A stretch of DNA of 63,447 bases, filler included, from Octopus bimaculoides (lineage: Eukaryota), in the NCBI RefSeq assembly GCF_001194135.2. It is 5 parts of 5 records of this genome, joined end to end, with 100 filler letters (N's around TTAATTAATTAA, not from the genome) between each part and the next. Parts side by side here need not be neighbours in the genome. Positions count along the whole stretch, not along the records: positions 44,465 to 54,979 come from NC_068983.1; positions 55,080 to 63,447 come from NC_068981.1; 3 more parts are not named here. One strand, 5' to 3'. The position numbers were made by a program, and so were the translations under genes. This document shows, piece after piece, positions 49,050 to 61,900 of this stretch. Within the stretch, counting starts at the first letter, position 1; each line of letters opens with the position of its first letter. The notes below the pieces were generated by a model. The model did not search any database. It worked only from the letters and a program-made list of their open reading frames with translations, and was not told the DNA's origin.

Positions 49050-51251
49050 TAGAGAGAGAGAGAGAGAATACATGGTTATATGCATCTGTTCTTTCCTGCT
49101 TTCCCATTTTAGGAGCTATATTCTCTGTTTGGGCGTCCAATCGTTTTCAATGTGAATTCCGAAACGCTCGGTAGAAGATTCTTTAGTCTTGCCGATTCTT
49201 GCGGCTTCTGAACGAAAACAATTTTTCCTTTCTTGATTGGTTTCCTGAGAAATCTGTTCAGAGGGTTCAAAAGCCCCAAATTTACCACTGTTCTGAATCT
49301 GTTGTACGTGTTTGCAGCTGCTCTACATGATGCTGGTGTAAAGATGATTGTCTCTTTTGATAGCAGAAGTGATATTACTTTGTTTTTTCACTGAGAGCAG
49401 AAAGTCTTTCAATGGTTGGTACTCCCATAAGCAAAAGATGGTCCCTTTATTTTCCCTACCACCACTCATATGAGTTCCACGCCTTCCGAGTAAATGTGAT
49501 CAGTCATCCTGTGGAATGTTTCTGCAGTGTGTAGCATTTTGACTTGCACCCTAATCACCGATCAGTTTTCTTTTGGGGTCGATTTCATTATGAGCATTTC
49601 AGTATAATCCTCTAGCGTCATCCTAAATTGTTAATTTTTGGATGCTCATTCGTAAATATGGCTTTATTCACTCATCATTGGAGATAGGTTAAAATTAAAA
49701 TGTATATGTTCTTGTAAGGAGCATGTGTGTAAACTATCTTCTTCGCCATTTCCTTGTTATGGAATATTCCTATCACGGATCGAAATTCGTCATTTTCTTT
49801 ATTTTCAGACATCTTTTAGCGTCTGCTTGAGTGAGATTCTCATTTCTACTAGTCTTCTTTTAAAGATATCTACACATGACATTGTGTGTCTGTGCGTGTA
49901 TGTGTTCCTGTTTGATTGCATGTGTGTCTGCGTGTGCGTGTGCATGCAGGTGTCTGGGTATGAAATCTCATCTGATCTTTTGATCTGGTGGTAGAATTAT
50001 GTTCTTCTGTTCCGCCGGGCACTTTCTGAGATCCTTCCTAAAATCACATTCGAAAGATTGTTCCACCCAACTGTTTTGAGTACTTTTGGCGAAAGATATG
50101 TTGTATGTTTTGTTGTGCTCGCTGTTGCTGTGGCTGATGTTAATGATGGTTTTGATTCCATTGTTTGTTTTCCATTTCTGTTTGTCTTGAAAATTGTTGG
50201 CGTTTTGTTGATGCAAATGTATTTCCTTTTCCTTATGGCTGCGAAGTTTTCACTTTCAGTACCTAGCTATTTTTAGTTTTAGTAGCTGTCGTAGTTATTG
50301 TTGTTTTGTTGTGGTTTGTAGTGTCCTCAATGTTTGGCTGTTAAACGTTGTTTTTGTTTTGTTTTGTTTTATGTTTGTCCTTAAATATTTAGTTGTAATT
50401 ACGCTGTCATCAGATTTTAGAGCGGTGATATGACGCATCCGCCTGTCATTCTTTTTCTGGTGATATTCCTCTTTTATTATCCTCCACCATAAATAACTTT
50501 CACTGTATCGTCTGATGTATTCTCCATGGAGAGAGAAAGCAAAATCTTTTGTCACAGAAACAAAATTAACTCGGAAATTCCTCAATAATGGAGGTGCGTA
50601 TGTACGAAGTGAAACGCGTCCATTAATATGAAACTTCCGTTTTCCACAATGGTATATGTTTCAAAAATGTATGCGACGATTTCCATTATTTCGAGTTGAT
50701 TTCTTCACACAAAACATAGAGCTTAGTTCAGGCGTGGTTTCTTATCACAACGTATTCGAAGTGTTCATCTATACACGTGTTGTCTTAGTGTAAAAGGTGT
50801 GCTACTGTAAATTTATTTCTTAACGTATATTTGCTTGTCAGCTGCCTTACAATAGCCGAGCGAGAGTAGAGGAAAGCAGCATAGCCATGTGTTAAGAGGA
50901 ATTCTTTATAGTTTGAACACTCTGGGAACATGGGTTTCGACCATCATACTTAAACGACCTTCATTTAGGGCTCTTTTAACGGCATTAGTTAAAAAAATAC
51001 AAACAATTTCACTGGACACCAACTGTAAGATTATGTACTATATATTTTGATATTCGTTTGTAATTTCGTGCACATGTGTTTGCTGACTGAGGCGCACTTA
51101 TCAGACGGATCGTAATGACGGGTATATTGAGAGACGTATTCTGTACTCCAGTGCCAGGTGATAACTGCGCTGTTCACCTCCTGCTGCTGCTGCTGCTGCT
51201 CCACCTCCTCATACTCCTCCTCCCCTCCTCCTCCTCCTTCTACTACTACAA

Positions 51252-51294
<43 letters not shown>

Positions 51295-51404
51295 TAATAA
51301 TAGTAACAATAATAACTAACTGGACCCGTGAAAACTTCACGGTAAACATTGAAAATGTGAGCATCTGTAAACATCGTACTGGTGCCATGAGAAAAGCTTG
51401 TATA

Positions 51405-51920
51405 TTATGACCGTCTGCCATTGCGTTCTGAGTTCAAATTGTGCCGACGTCAATTTTGCCTTTCATCCTTTGGGGATCGATAAATTAAATGTCACTTGTG
51501 TACTGAGGGTCAACTGGCACTCCTCCCCACAATCATTTCATGCGTAGAAAAATATATTGTGAGAGTTACAGAATATAGAAAGGAATGTAACACCAATGAC
51601 TATATAATCCAACCAAAATATCTCAGTTATACAAAGGTAAACGGAATTAATATTTAACCTTAAAATGCATCGTACATATTCAAAGAAACTTCTTGGTTTA
51701 GTGGTACGGAACGTTTTCCTGGTATTCTTTTATTCTTTTACTTGTTTTATTCATTTGACACAGGCCAATTTTTGGTTAAAGAAATTGACCCCTGGATTAT
51801 TACCTCTAAGTCTGGTGCTTAATTCCATCAGTCTCGTCTGCTGAACAGCTAAACTACAGGGACATAAACGCACCAACGTTGGTTGTAAAGCAATGGTGGT
51901 GGTGGGACAAACATATACAC
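51405..51920. mobile_element. Family A fragment (51405-51570 +) and family D 3' half (51760-51920 -)
   Basis: Consensus motifs. Confidence 0.7.
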
Positions 51921-51948
51921 ATATACACACACATATACACAACATATA

Positions 51949-51995
<47 letters not shown>

Positions 51996-52229
51996 CGGTT
52001 ATGAAGGGTATTGGAGTCAACAAAACCTAAGGATACAGGTAATACCAAGTAAGTGATGTATACCGACTAGTTCTGCCCCTGACGTGGATGCAACATGAGT
52101 GGGGAATACAACATGGGTCGTGTATTAGCGTGTGTATATATATATAAAAAAAGAATAATATAAAGAGACCAATGGCATAAGTAGAATTATATTTTATGTA
52201 TAAAGTCTTACAGCTGTTTCAGGGAAATT

Positions 52230-52850
52230 TCAATGTATCCCTGCATCGGAGACGGTAATAGTAGAAGAGTGGATTATTACATCTATAAGAGGAGATTTGT
52301 AGTAAGAAAGGAGAGCGATGGGTAGAAGAAAGAACAAAGAAGAAAAAGTCCTTGGAGTATAGTTCCATTCCAACAGTGAATATCCTTGTAAAGAATCCAC
52401 GTGCGTATTTCCCGGAGAAAATTGTAGTTGCAAAGGTGGATATATAATCATATGGTATCTAGTTTACTCTGTGCGTTGTTTACTTAAATGATAGTCCGAA
52501 GTGACTGAAAGATGTGTAGGATTAAGAGATCAAGCCTTAAGACAGGAAAGAAAGGAGGAGGAAATAGTTTAAGGGAGAAATAGAGATAATGGTGCCAGTA
52601 GTAGGCGATTGTGAGGTCAGTTATACTGACTGGAAGGAAAGGAAGAAGGATAGAGAACAAAGGAAAAAGATGGAGGTGGAAGTATAAGTTTAGTAAAGAA
52701 ATGGATAGGTAGAGAAAAGAAGTGTGAAGAGGTAATGTGGAGTAGTACGAGGGAGGTAGTTAGTGTACAGCGTCAGGATAGGAAGGAACCTGTAGGTGGT
52801 GTTGGTGTTGGTGTTTTGGCATGCAAGATGGGTATATTATTGTGGGCATA
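52230..52850 (-). mobile_element. Very degenerate PLE-type RT fragment
   Basis: Pyrimidine-rich minus strand with WILYKDI (W.RY.DD-like) and FYPSLSF...TITVSD motifs across frames. Confidence 0.3.
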
Positions 52851-55079
52851 GCACGAGAGGAACCAATCGAACTCTTTCTGACTTCAATATTTTATTGAAC
52901 TAGTACATCGTATTCAGTAGTTATTAGGGTGCATGATTTTTAAGTGCATGCCTTCTATTAGTTGGGCAGTGAAATTTATCAAGGAACTTATGTGGCCTGG
53001 TTCCTTTAGGGTGCTTTGAATGACGTTCTTCTGGAAGCAAATCGTTGATACACTCGTGAACATATACCTCTGATGCGGAAAGGAATTGCTATACCGATTC
53101 AGCGCAGAATAGCTCAAGCAATGTTGATATACAATTAATTTTAAAATTAAATAGCTTTCAGAAAATAGTTGCAATATATATCATACAAACAATAATTTCT
53201 GCTACATTAACTTATTCATTATTTCCTAAATTTTGTTATTTTATACGCTAGTGGCACATATTTTTAAGATGCTTCCTGTATAAGAGAAAGAATCTGAAAC
53301 CTAAAATGTTCATATGTAACTACATGTTTTCTGGTTTCCAAACAGCATTTAATTGAGGTAAATTATTACGTTGCTGGCAATACGAACGAAAAATCTTACT
53401 GGAAAATTACAGAAACTTTCAGAAACCATCGAGAATAGTAACAATGCAAATATAAGCTAGCAATTATATCACAAAACATTTATTTCTTGATATTTTATTC
53501 TTAGGCATCATGATTTTATTACTTATAATCAAGCGAAAAAAGAACGATTAGACAGAGGATACTCACACAATGTAATCGATATAGATATTTAATATTAAAA
53601 ATATTTTAAAGGATATATTCAGCCATCAGCGTTTATTTTTATGCATTTATAACTCAGAGCTTAACATTTTTGAAACATATGTGGTATCCAGTGTCATTAA
53701 GGCAGTGGTTTTATATTGCTGTAACGTTAAGAATACCATTTGTTTTGGTACAACGTAATGAATAAAAATTCGTTCAGTGTTTACAACATTAGCGATTGCT
53801 GATCGCAAACCTAGAATTTAATGTCGACAATTTAATTCAATACGAAATCGAAAACTATGATATTTATATAGGTTTTAATATTCAAATAATCTTGTAAAAG
53901 TAAACAAGTTGCAGATGATTCCTAATATGAGAGTTTACGCACTTGATGATTACATATTTTATGAACTGTTTGTTGTAATGATTGGATGAAAACGCACGTG
54001 TTATGTGGAAGTGTCATCCAGATATTAAACATTTGCCTCAAACTATGCATGCAATAGAAATGTTTTTGTTAGAAAGCATTTCAGAAACTTTCCTCTTAAA
54101 TTTGTATAAAAAAGTTATATTTGCTGGCATATTTACAATAAATATTTAATTTCATGCTACACAACAGTCATATTTTTCTTTACCAAGCCATCAGTTTTTC
54201 AATGTTTAGATCTAATTTGCAATTTACTTCTTCATCAATGTGTATCAAATAAAATTTGCACTTGCATAGGATACAATGACGGATGCAACGCTTATCCATG
54301 TCCACCATCAGTACAACCAATTAATCAGCACTCGCAGAATAACTGTTCTCAAGCACAAAATTCACTATAAGTGTTGACACACATTACCAGCCCATATGCC
54401 CCACACCAGTTTTCGGTGACGCTAAATTAACTAGAAGACGCTTACAGCTGTATTGGATGGTGCCTGAAAAGTTTCCGCCAACATTCAGTACTTATCACGG
54501 GAAACAGAGAGAGTGTCTCGGGGAGTCACAAATCCACATGAAGTTGATTACGGAGATTTCCAGATGCAGGAACTTCCTTAATAAATAATGTACGAAATGA
54601 ATAAATAAGCTCATTTCAGGAGGCATACACAAATATAGACGTTTTTGCACACTATATGCACGCAGAAACACACACACACGCGCACGCACACGCACACACA
54701 CACAGACATACACACACACGCACACATATACAGAAAGTCACGAACTGCTTTGCTTGCAACAACATGGATGGCAGACGACGAAGATCAAGATGTTGTAAAA
54801 TTTTTCAGAGTGCACTGAAGAACATATACATTAGGTTCCGGAGCCGTGTTGTGATAGCAGTAGAAGCTGGGCGCGGCTACTATTTCAAGGACTTTTTCTA
54901 GTTGTTACCTGTGCCTGTGTGTTTGTGTGTGTGCGTATCTGTGTTGCAGAACAGTAAATATATGTATATACGTGTATATNNNNNNNNNNNNNNNNNNNNN
55001 NNNNNNNNNNNNNNNNNNNNNNNTTAATTAATTAANNNNNNNNNNNNNNNNNNNNNNNNNNNNNNNNNNNNNNNNNNNN

Positions 55080-55154
<75 letters not shown>

Positions 55155-55499
55155 ACACACAAGGAGATACGTAGATATTGGTATTTGCATAGAACCTATG
55201 GAAATTATATAATATGTAGGAGGGTAAATATCAATACCTTATTACATTAAGTGTGATTCTGCGAGAAATAAACTAATTTTAATATATTTAACAATAATAA
55301 TATCGTTATCCATATTTGTGGGACGTTGTCTAGGAATTAATAACTTCAAGGTATTTCGTTCAAAATCGAAAACAATAAAAATATAATTAGTTGTTCTAAA
55401 TAGCTTACTTTTATACATGAACTGATGCTGTGAATCGTCCACATTTTTCTTTTACCTTTTATCTTTTCTTTTAGTCAATGGATTGCGGCAATGTTGGGA

Positions 55500-55940
55500 C
55501 CCTGAAACAGATGCCTTTCCATTGCAGGGTCAAGGCCAGTAATTTTGAGAGGAACGAGCATCAATACCAGTACTCAACGTCATTTTTATCGACCCCGAAA
55601 CGATGAAAGGAACTCAGAACGTAAACTCAAAATATAAAGACGGACGAAATGCCGCTAAACATTTTGACCGACGTGCTAACGATTCTGCAAGCTCACCACC
55701 GTCTTTAACATTTAAATAATATAGCTTTCAAGTTTTGGCCCAAGGCCAGAAAATCAGGGGAAGAGGGTAAGTCGATTACATTGACCCCAGTGTTCAACTG
55801 GTACTTATTTTATCGACCGCGAAAGGATAAATGGCAAAGTCAGCCTCGGCTGGATTTGAACTCAGAATGGAAAGACGGACGAAATGCCGCTAAGTGTTTT
55901 TTCCGGCGTGCTAACGACTCTGGTAGCTCACCGCCTTATC
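55500..55940 (-). mobile_element. Two tandem family A SINEs
   Basis: Consensus motifs at about 55500-55705 and 55725-55940. Confidence 0.8.
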
Positions 55941-56559
55941 ATTTACATAATATTAAACATTGATTGTTTTGATGAGATACAATGACTTCAATCTTTAGGC
56001 ATGGAAGTATACGTTATCTGAAATGGTGCAACTAATACCAAGCCATAATTTCAAAATTTGTTGGAATGAGTTTATGAGAAACGGTTTATGAGATATTGTT
56101 TTATGAATAATACTCCCTACAAGCTTCCTATCGATTCTCGTGAAAATATCATAGATTAAATTTTCTATTCATTTCCTGAAATTACTGGATTCTCACACAA
56201 AGAAAACTTCACGAATTTGCACGTTACTAAACTCACTAGGAACCAGTTGTTTTGGTTTATAAAATGAACGAAAACCTATTAAACAGATTGAAGTTTAAAC
56301 GTTTTCTTCTTTTAAAAGATTTTCGATTCCTAACATATAAAAGCCTTAAGAAATATCAGAAGAAAATTGAAGAATTTTATTTGATGTAAAAGGCCAGACC
56401 TAAAATTATGTCCTGGTATGGCTTGAAACTGCAAAGTGTAGTGGGGCCCTGTTGGCCACATTGTTCTAAGGTCTACTCTGACTAGTAGTAGTAGCACCTG
56501 TCAATGTCCCAGCTATAGGTTAATAAGAGAGATAATAGAGTTGAAGGAACTTATCTGTT

Positions 56560-56900
56560 CGGGATAGGGGCAACATGTCAAGGGGAATGAGAACCCAAAG
56601 TCCAAATCTCCGCTGTCTTGCAGCCGCACCCGATCATGGGTAAGGCTTGGGAGTAAACTCCGAGAAAAAAATCGAGAATCGAAGTCCCTGAGACAGTAAG
56701 ACATTTTGTAAAACCTCATCCTGGCAACTCCTGCGACAACGCTGGGCCAGATTATGAAGCCTTGGTCATTCCTTTGGATCCATCAGGGACGAGGAAAGGG
56801 GTACATGTTACGTGTGCAACGATCTGTCCTCTATACCATACTGCGAGGACTCAGATCTTATCGAAAACCCTATACTGGAGGGATTGAACCGGATGTCATC
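56560..56900 (+). mobile_element. Probable RTE-type LINE 5' UTR fragment
   Basis: GC-richer block (GTAAACTCCGAGAAAAAATC...GTCCCTGAGACAG...TGGATCCATCAG) resembling RTE 5' UTRs by recall; no ORF. Confidence 0.3.
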
Positions 56901-57568
56901 GCTGTTCTAGGAAGGCAGACAGTTAGGAGCTTCATTCATTGTGATCGGTAACAGACAGAGGCCAAAGACCTTAAGCTAAAAAGCACCGTAATCAGGTCTT
57001 TTTCTTTAAGAATTCGTTTTGTGTGGAGATATCACAATGATGGTCGTACAGAGATGCTTGGTGTTTTTTTAAACGTTCTTATTTCAGAGCTGAGGAAAGA
57101 ATATTAGAATTAAAAGTGTTGCCACTTCGACAGTTTACAATATATTCTAATCAAGGTACGAAATAAAAACAAAGCCTGGAAACAAGGCATAATGAAAATC
57201 GATAACATAAGCAAAAAATAATTAATTTACAGAGAATGAAAATATAATGGGTAACTTGTTTTGATTACAAAATTTGGAGGGAAACGCAAAACAATTATAT
57301 TGGAGACAGTTGAAGAATGTTGCAATAAGACAGAGTATGGTTTTGCACGAAGCAAGTAGAAAATATATCCCAGCTGTCAAATATTTTCAACACAAGATTA
57401 CCTTTATAAATAACCACAGTTTGATCACAATTGAAACACTATCTCTAACAAAAAAAAAAAAACCGTTTCATACCTACTTACCTACCTACCTACATATGTA
57501 TATGCATATGCCTCTATATATGTATATGTGCATGTATGTATATGTATAGGTCTCTCTCTGTCTGCCTT

Positions 57569-57628
<60 letters not shown>

Positions 57629-58299
57629 ATGAAGCTAGAGTAGTGAATTTAATTTTCGGCGGTTTCAACTTTAAAGGTAGTTTCATTATTAAGAAATACA
57701 CAGAAAACAACCAAAGGGAAATTATTTATTTAGCTGATGCTGAGTTTCTTTGCTTCAATGCTTCATGTATTGGTTTACAAAATTAAATTAGTTTGGCTGA
57801 TATTTATGTTTTGGCTTAGTCAATACTAACGGGAAATCTTTCTAATCTTTGAAACCATTGCGGAAAAAATATAAAGCTCGCAGCATTGTTTTTCTTAAAG
57901 TAAGCTAAATTATAAAATTTTTAGCATGACATAATCTCAAAGTACTTCTTTTTTTTTTTACTATGATCGTAACAATCCTCGAACAAAACTACAGGATTAA
58001 TAATCAGCAGTTCCAATCACTCTTGGAATATGTGGAATCCATATCTACAATTGTAGAATTGTTAATATATTGTATTCAAAGATTTTCTTAGTAAAAAGAA
58101 AAAGTTTCACTTATCATGACAACACAGACACACAAACGCACATAGCCACTCACACTTACACACGCAGACACACACGCGCACGCACACATGTGCAGAGTCA
58201 CTTGCATACATGGAGACATATATACATGCATGTACGTGATTTCTTTAATACAGATATATGGATATTTTTGGCGTATAGATAAGGTCAGGTAACAAGATA

Positions 58300-58712
58300 C
58301 AGAAGCGTGGCGAAAGTCTAAGCAAACGAATGAAGTAAGTAATCGAGGAATGATCGTTTCTGTGTTAGGAAGCACAGGGCCAGCATTTTCTAGACGCTGA
58401 CTAGAGGTACCGAAGGGTAAAGTTGACCACGGCACGATTTATAATCATTAAGCGAAGAGTCCGGTGAATACTTCCACACATTATCTCCGATGCTCTACCG
58501 ACGCTCGATCGATGCTCTACCGACGCTCGATCGATGCTCTACCGATGTTGACCATCTAAACACCATAAATAATAATGGTTTCAAATTTTGGTACAAGGCC
58601 AGCAATTTCGGGGAAAAAGGCAAGTTGATTACATCGACCCTAGTGTACCACTGGTACTTACTTCATCGGCTCCGAAAGAATGAAGGGCAAAGTCGAGCTC
58701 GGTGGAATGTTT
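58300..58712 (-). mobile_element. Degenerate family A SINE fragments
   Basis: Consensus motifs at about 58300-58450 and 58570-58712. Confidence 0.65.
58488..58547. repeat. 22-bp tandem repeat x2.7
   Basis: CGATGCTCTACCGACGCTCGAT at 58488-58509, 58510-58531, partial 58532-58547. Confidence 0.9.
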
Positions 58713-58828
58713 ACTTTTTATCGTGGGTAATTTTTTAGAACACGTGATTTATGTGGCTAAAGAGTCTATGACTCTTATTTCTAGCTGTGCCGGTGCTCAC
58801 TGCACGCTTGCCCATTTTAGTGATGGGG

Positions 58829-58915
<87 letters not shown>

Positions 58916-58997
58916 CGTATATATATATATATATATATATACATTCTAGATAATTAATACAGAAGACCGAGTGTGTACTGCTGGAAGCTTTATTTAG

Positions 58998-59106
58998 GGC
59001 AACGATCGTTTCGGCTTAGTTCTGCACTACTTCCCTTCCTAGTGGGTGGGGAACAATGTGATGGAATTGAATGCACCTCTTAGTGCAGAAGAAACATCCT
59101 CAGGCC
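58998..59106 (-). ncRNA. Hammerhead ribozyme candidate (type I, intact core, long helix II)
   Basis: Minus strand: GGC CUGAGGA U GUUU C UUCUGCACUA-[51 nt]-UAGUGCAGAA CU AAGC C GAAA CGAUCG UU|GCC. Confidence 0.7.
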
Positions 59107-59793
59107 ACAGAAAGCGGTTCAGTGTTATAAGATGTACATTTCACTGATATGTGTGGCAAGATGATGGTGGTATCGTATGCGGGTTAATAGTTCACCAATA
59201 GATTAATGATGCAAGGTTTGTGGCGTATATTTACGGAGTGATTCTTAGAGAATACGAAAAATAAATGTGAAGAATAGATGGAATGGTCAGAATGATTTTT
59301 GAATGAAATGGGTTCAGGGTTGGGGAGTTGGGCAATATGGTCGGGAATTTTATATATATATATATATATATATAATCAAACGAAAGAAGGGCACTCAATA
59401 CATTTATTGGGAGGTACATGTATAGATCAAACAGTTTGATTCAAATTCCTTGATACGCTGAGTTTGAGCACTGGTCGACCCGATATTATAGCAGAACGCA
59501 CATGCCTAAGTTGCAGCACTGAACTTATTAACCATATAGTTTCAAATTCCCTTAAAAAGGCATAAAAGTTTCTTAGAGATGAAACGTAGTTGAGTTATGA
59601 CATGAGCAAGGACTTCAGAATGTAGAAAAGATGTCTTGGAAAAGGCTCAGATTTGAATCCAACGAAACATTACTGGAGGATTCTCCAACAACATTTGGTG
59701 TAGAAACGATCCAACATAAATAGAAGCATTGATTGGTTCCTTATTTACATTATTTACATTTGACGGATATTTGTCCTTATCTTTTTTGTTGTT

Positions 59794-59839
59794 AACACAA
59801 CGTTTCGGCTGATATGCCCTTCAGCCTTCATCAAGTGTC
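59794..59839 (-). ncRNA. Hammerhead-like motif, C3U core variant
   Basis: Minus strand: GACAC UUGAUGA A GGCUG-AAGGGCAUAU-CAGCC GAAA CG UU|GUGUU; helices I and II 5 bp each, zero-loop ACGU helix III. Confidence 0.6.
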
Positions 59840-59891
59840 TTGGGGAAATTTCGAACCTGGGTTCTCATTCCTAAGGTATTTTTCGATGTAC

Positions 59892-59958
<67 letters not shown>

Positions 59959-60157
59959 GGTCATAGCTAGTTAAACGGGTAACTGCAGTCCTACGAGTAG
60001 AGAAAAGACAATATGATATTGCGAAAGAGTGTAGTTCATGGTGTGTATTTTGCATTTCTGTATTTCTGTGTAATAATTATTGTAGTATGTACAATCAGTT
60101 ACGTCTTGTTTCTTCGATATATTTTTTCAGCAGTATGATGGATTATTCCCAACAATA

Positions 60158-60450
60158 TACAGGGCGCACAAGGTCACTGAGAAGAAAATAAATAATGAGA
60201 AAAATGATATGCATGTTAAGCTAAACGTATTTATTAACAGTTATCCATTAAAAACCTCGTCTGCCTATGTTTGATGGAAGACCGTTCTTCCAGTTATATT
60301 ACATTAGGCTTGTTGCGTTCCATTTAATCTAAAATTATTTATAAACGTCCCTTTGTTTATTTCTTCACCTCATAGTAATATTCGCCAGAAAATTATCTCA
60401 GCGCAGAGTTGAAGATATTCTAGGTTCGATATCATGTTCAGTTCATGAAT
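60158..60450 (-). mobile_element. Possible Tc1/mariner terminal fragment
   Basis: TA-CAGGGCGCACAAGGTCAC resembles a Tc1-type TIR; internal part too decayed to confirm. Confidence 0.3.
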
Positions 60451-60626
60451 AGAAGTGACATGCTTATGTAGTACAGCCTAAGTGTTCAAGTTTCAATGTA
60501 GCAATAAGGTACATTTTAATACACAAATTTCAGTCCACCTTCAATCCCGGCAAGTGATCTTGTTGGTGAATATCGAACCACATGTGTATCACTACGCAAA
60601 TTGAAGACGATAAATTACATGCACAG

Positions 60627-60663
<37 letters not shown>

Positions 60664-60899
60664 AAAGTACACACACACACGACAACAACATGCACACACA
60701 AATATGTATAAGGCTCCTAGTTATAACAAGAAAGGGTATAAAATACAACACCACTCCACTTCCTGAATATCAGACTGAAAACATCGATAAAAACGAATTG
60801 GAACTATTGCTCGATATAAATTACAATGGTGTGATAAACAGATACAAAAACGAGCTTTGTAAATTAATAAATAAGATTAATAATTATTTCCCCCAAATA

Positions 60900-61900
60900 A
60901 TTGCCATGCCGTTTTCTTCCCCATCCATGACGTAAAGCCCGCTTCACTTATGGATTCAGTTATTTTTTGTCCAATTCAGTGGACGACGGTGAAGGCAAAG
61001 ATCGCCAACATGTCTGCTGACGCTAGAGATCTTTTTAATATATTGTATAGATCCTCGTATAAGTGAGCACCTTCAAGCACTGAAAAATGTTCGGGTCGAT
61101 CTCTGGACGACACTTTCACCTGAAAATTCGGATTATATTTGAGTCCACATGAAGAAATTTTTCAGTTCACAAGACACCAATTTCCACTGCAACACCTGGA
61201 GGCAAATGAGCCAGTCATCTCTCCATGGTTCACATGCAGTAGCGAACCGTACAAAATTTTGTCGCTTATGCGTGGATAAGCAAATACGTCGCATATCTTA
61301 ATTTCCTCAACCCAAATTTTCGACATCCGTATATTTTCGACTTCAGAACTTGTCCTCAGTTCCTCTAAAACAGGTAGATATGGCCTACGGATGAGGAAGA
61401 TACTATGTTTTTTGAAAATGGTCCTTTCAGCTAATGTTGTTGCAGTATGCAGTGATGAGATATCTACTGGCAGTGCAAGGTTATACAATCAACTGACGGC
61501 CAGGCATCCTGATCTTATTGGTAAAGTGACCTGTCTGTAACTTGTTCTTATCCAAAACTAGGATTATGTTTTCGAATATTCTCCTTAGTCGATCTTTGGC
61601 GGTGAAGTAATTAACTTCCCAGTACGCTGTGGTTATGTAGAGGAGCTATCTCAGTTTGCTTTTCGGAAAATTTTTTTATGCAGCATGATATAAGATAGAT
61701 GAACGTCCAGATATTGCAGTGACTCAATTAGATGTTCGTGTTATTTTATCATCTTTTAGTGAACGGTTATTGTTAGAGACCAATATTGGACACTCGAGGA
61801 TTGCAATTCCTCGTCCAGCATATGTGAATATTGGACAGCAACTCATCACATTGTATAATTACTTTTTCGTCTGAAAATTAACTTATATTTGCGCAAGTCT
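60900..61900 (+). mobile_element. Possible degenerate hAT-like transposase remnant
   Basis: Broken frame NVVAVCSDEISTGSARLYNQLTARHPDLIGKVTCL resembles the hAT D-G-A...HCxxH region; strand and family uncertain. Confidence 0.25.

Noticed and set aside
49100-49400. IGKTKESSTERFGIH resembling a GIY-YIG motif
   Set aside because: Single short motif in a stop-interrupted frame with no supporting RT or other endonuclease motifs
50586-50625. UAAUG...GAAACGCGUC|CAUUA with classic ACGCGU helix III
   Set aside because: Helices I and III fit but the CUGANGA core is missing; only a possible deleted remnant
51031-51200. Open stretch EVNSAVITWHWSTEYVSQYTRHYDP (minus strand)
   Set aside because: ORF is initiated in microsatellites, with no domain match or convincing splice pair
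52930-53110. Possible LINE ORF2 C-terminal remnant (NDLLPEER...CPTNR)
   Set aside because: Too short and decayed to assign
54270-54370. Possible exon GYNDGCNAYPCPPSVQPINQHSQNN...
   Set aside because: Weak acceptor, short, no donor or recognisable domain; not supportable without RNA-seq
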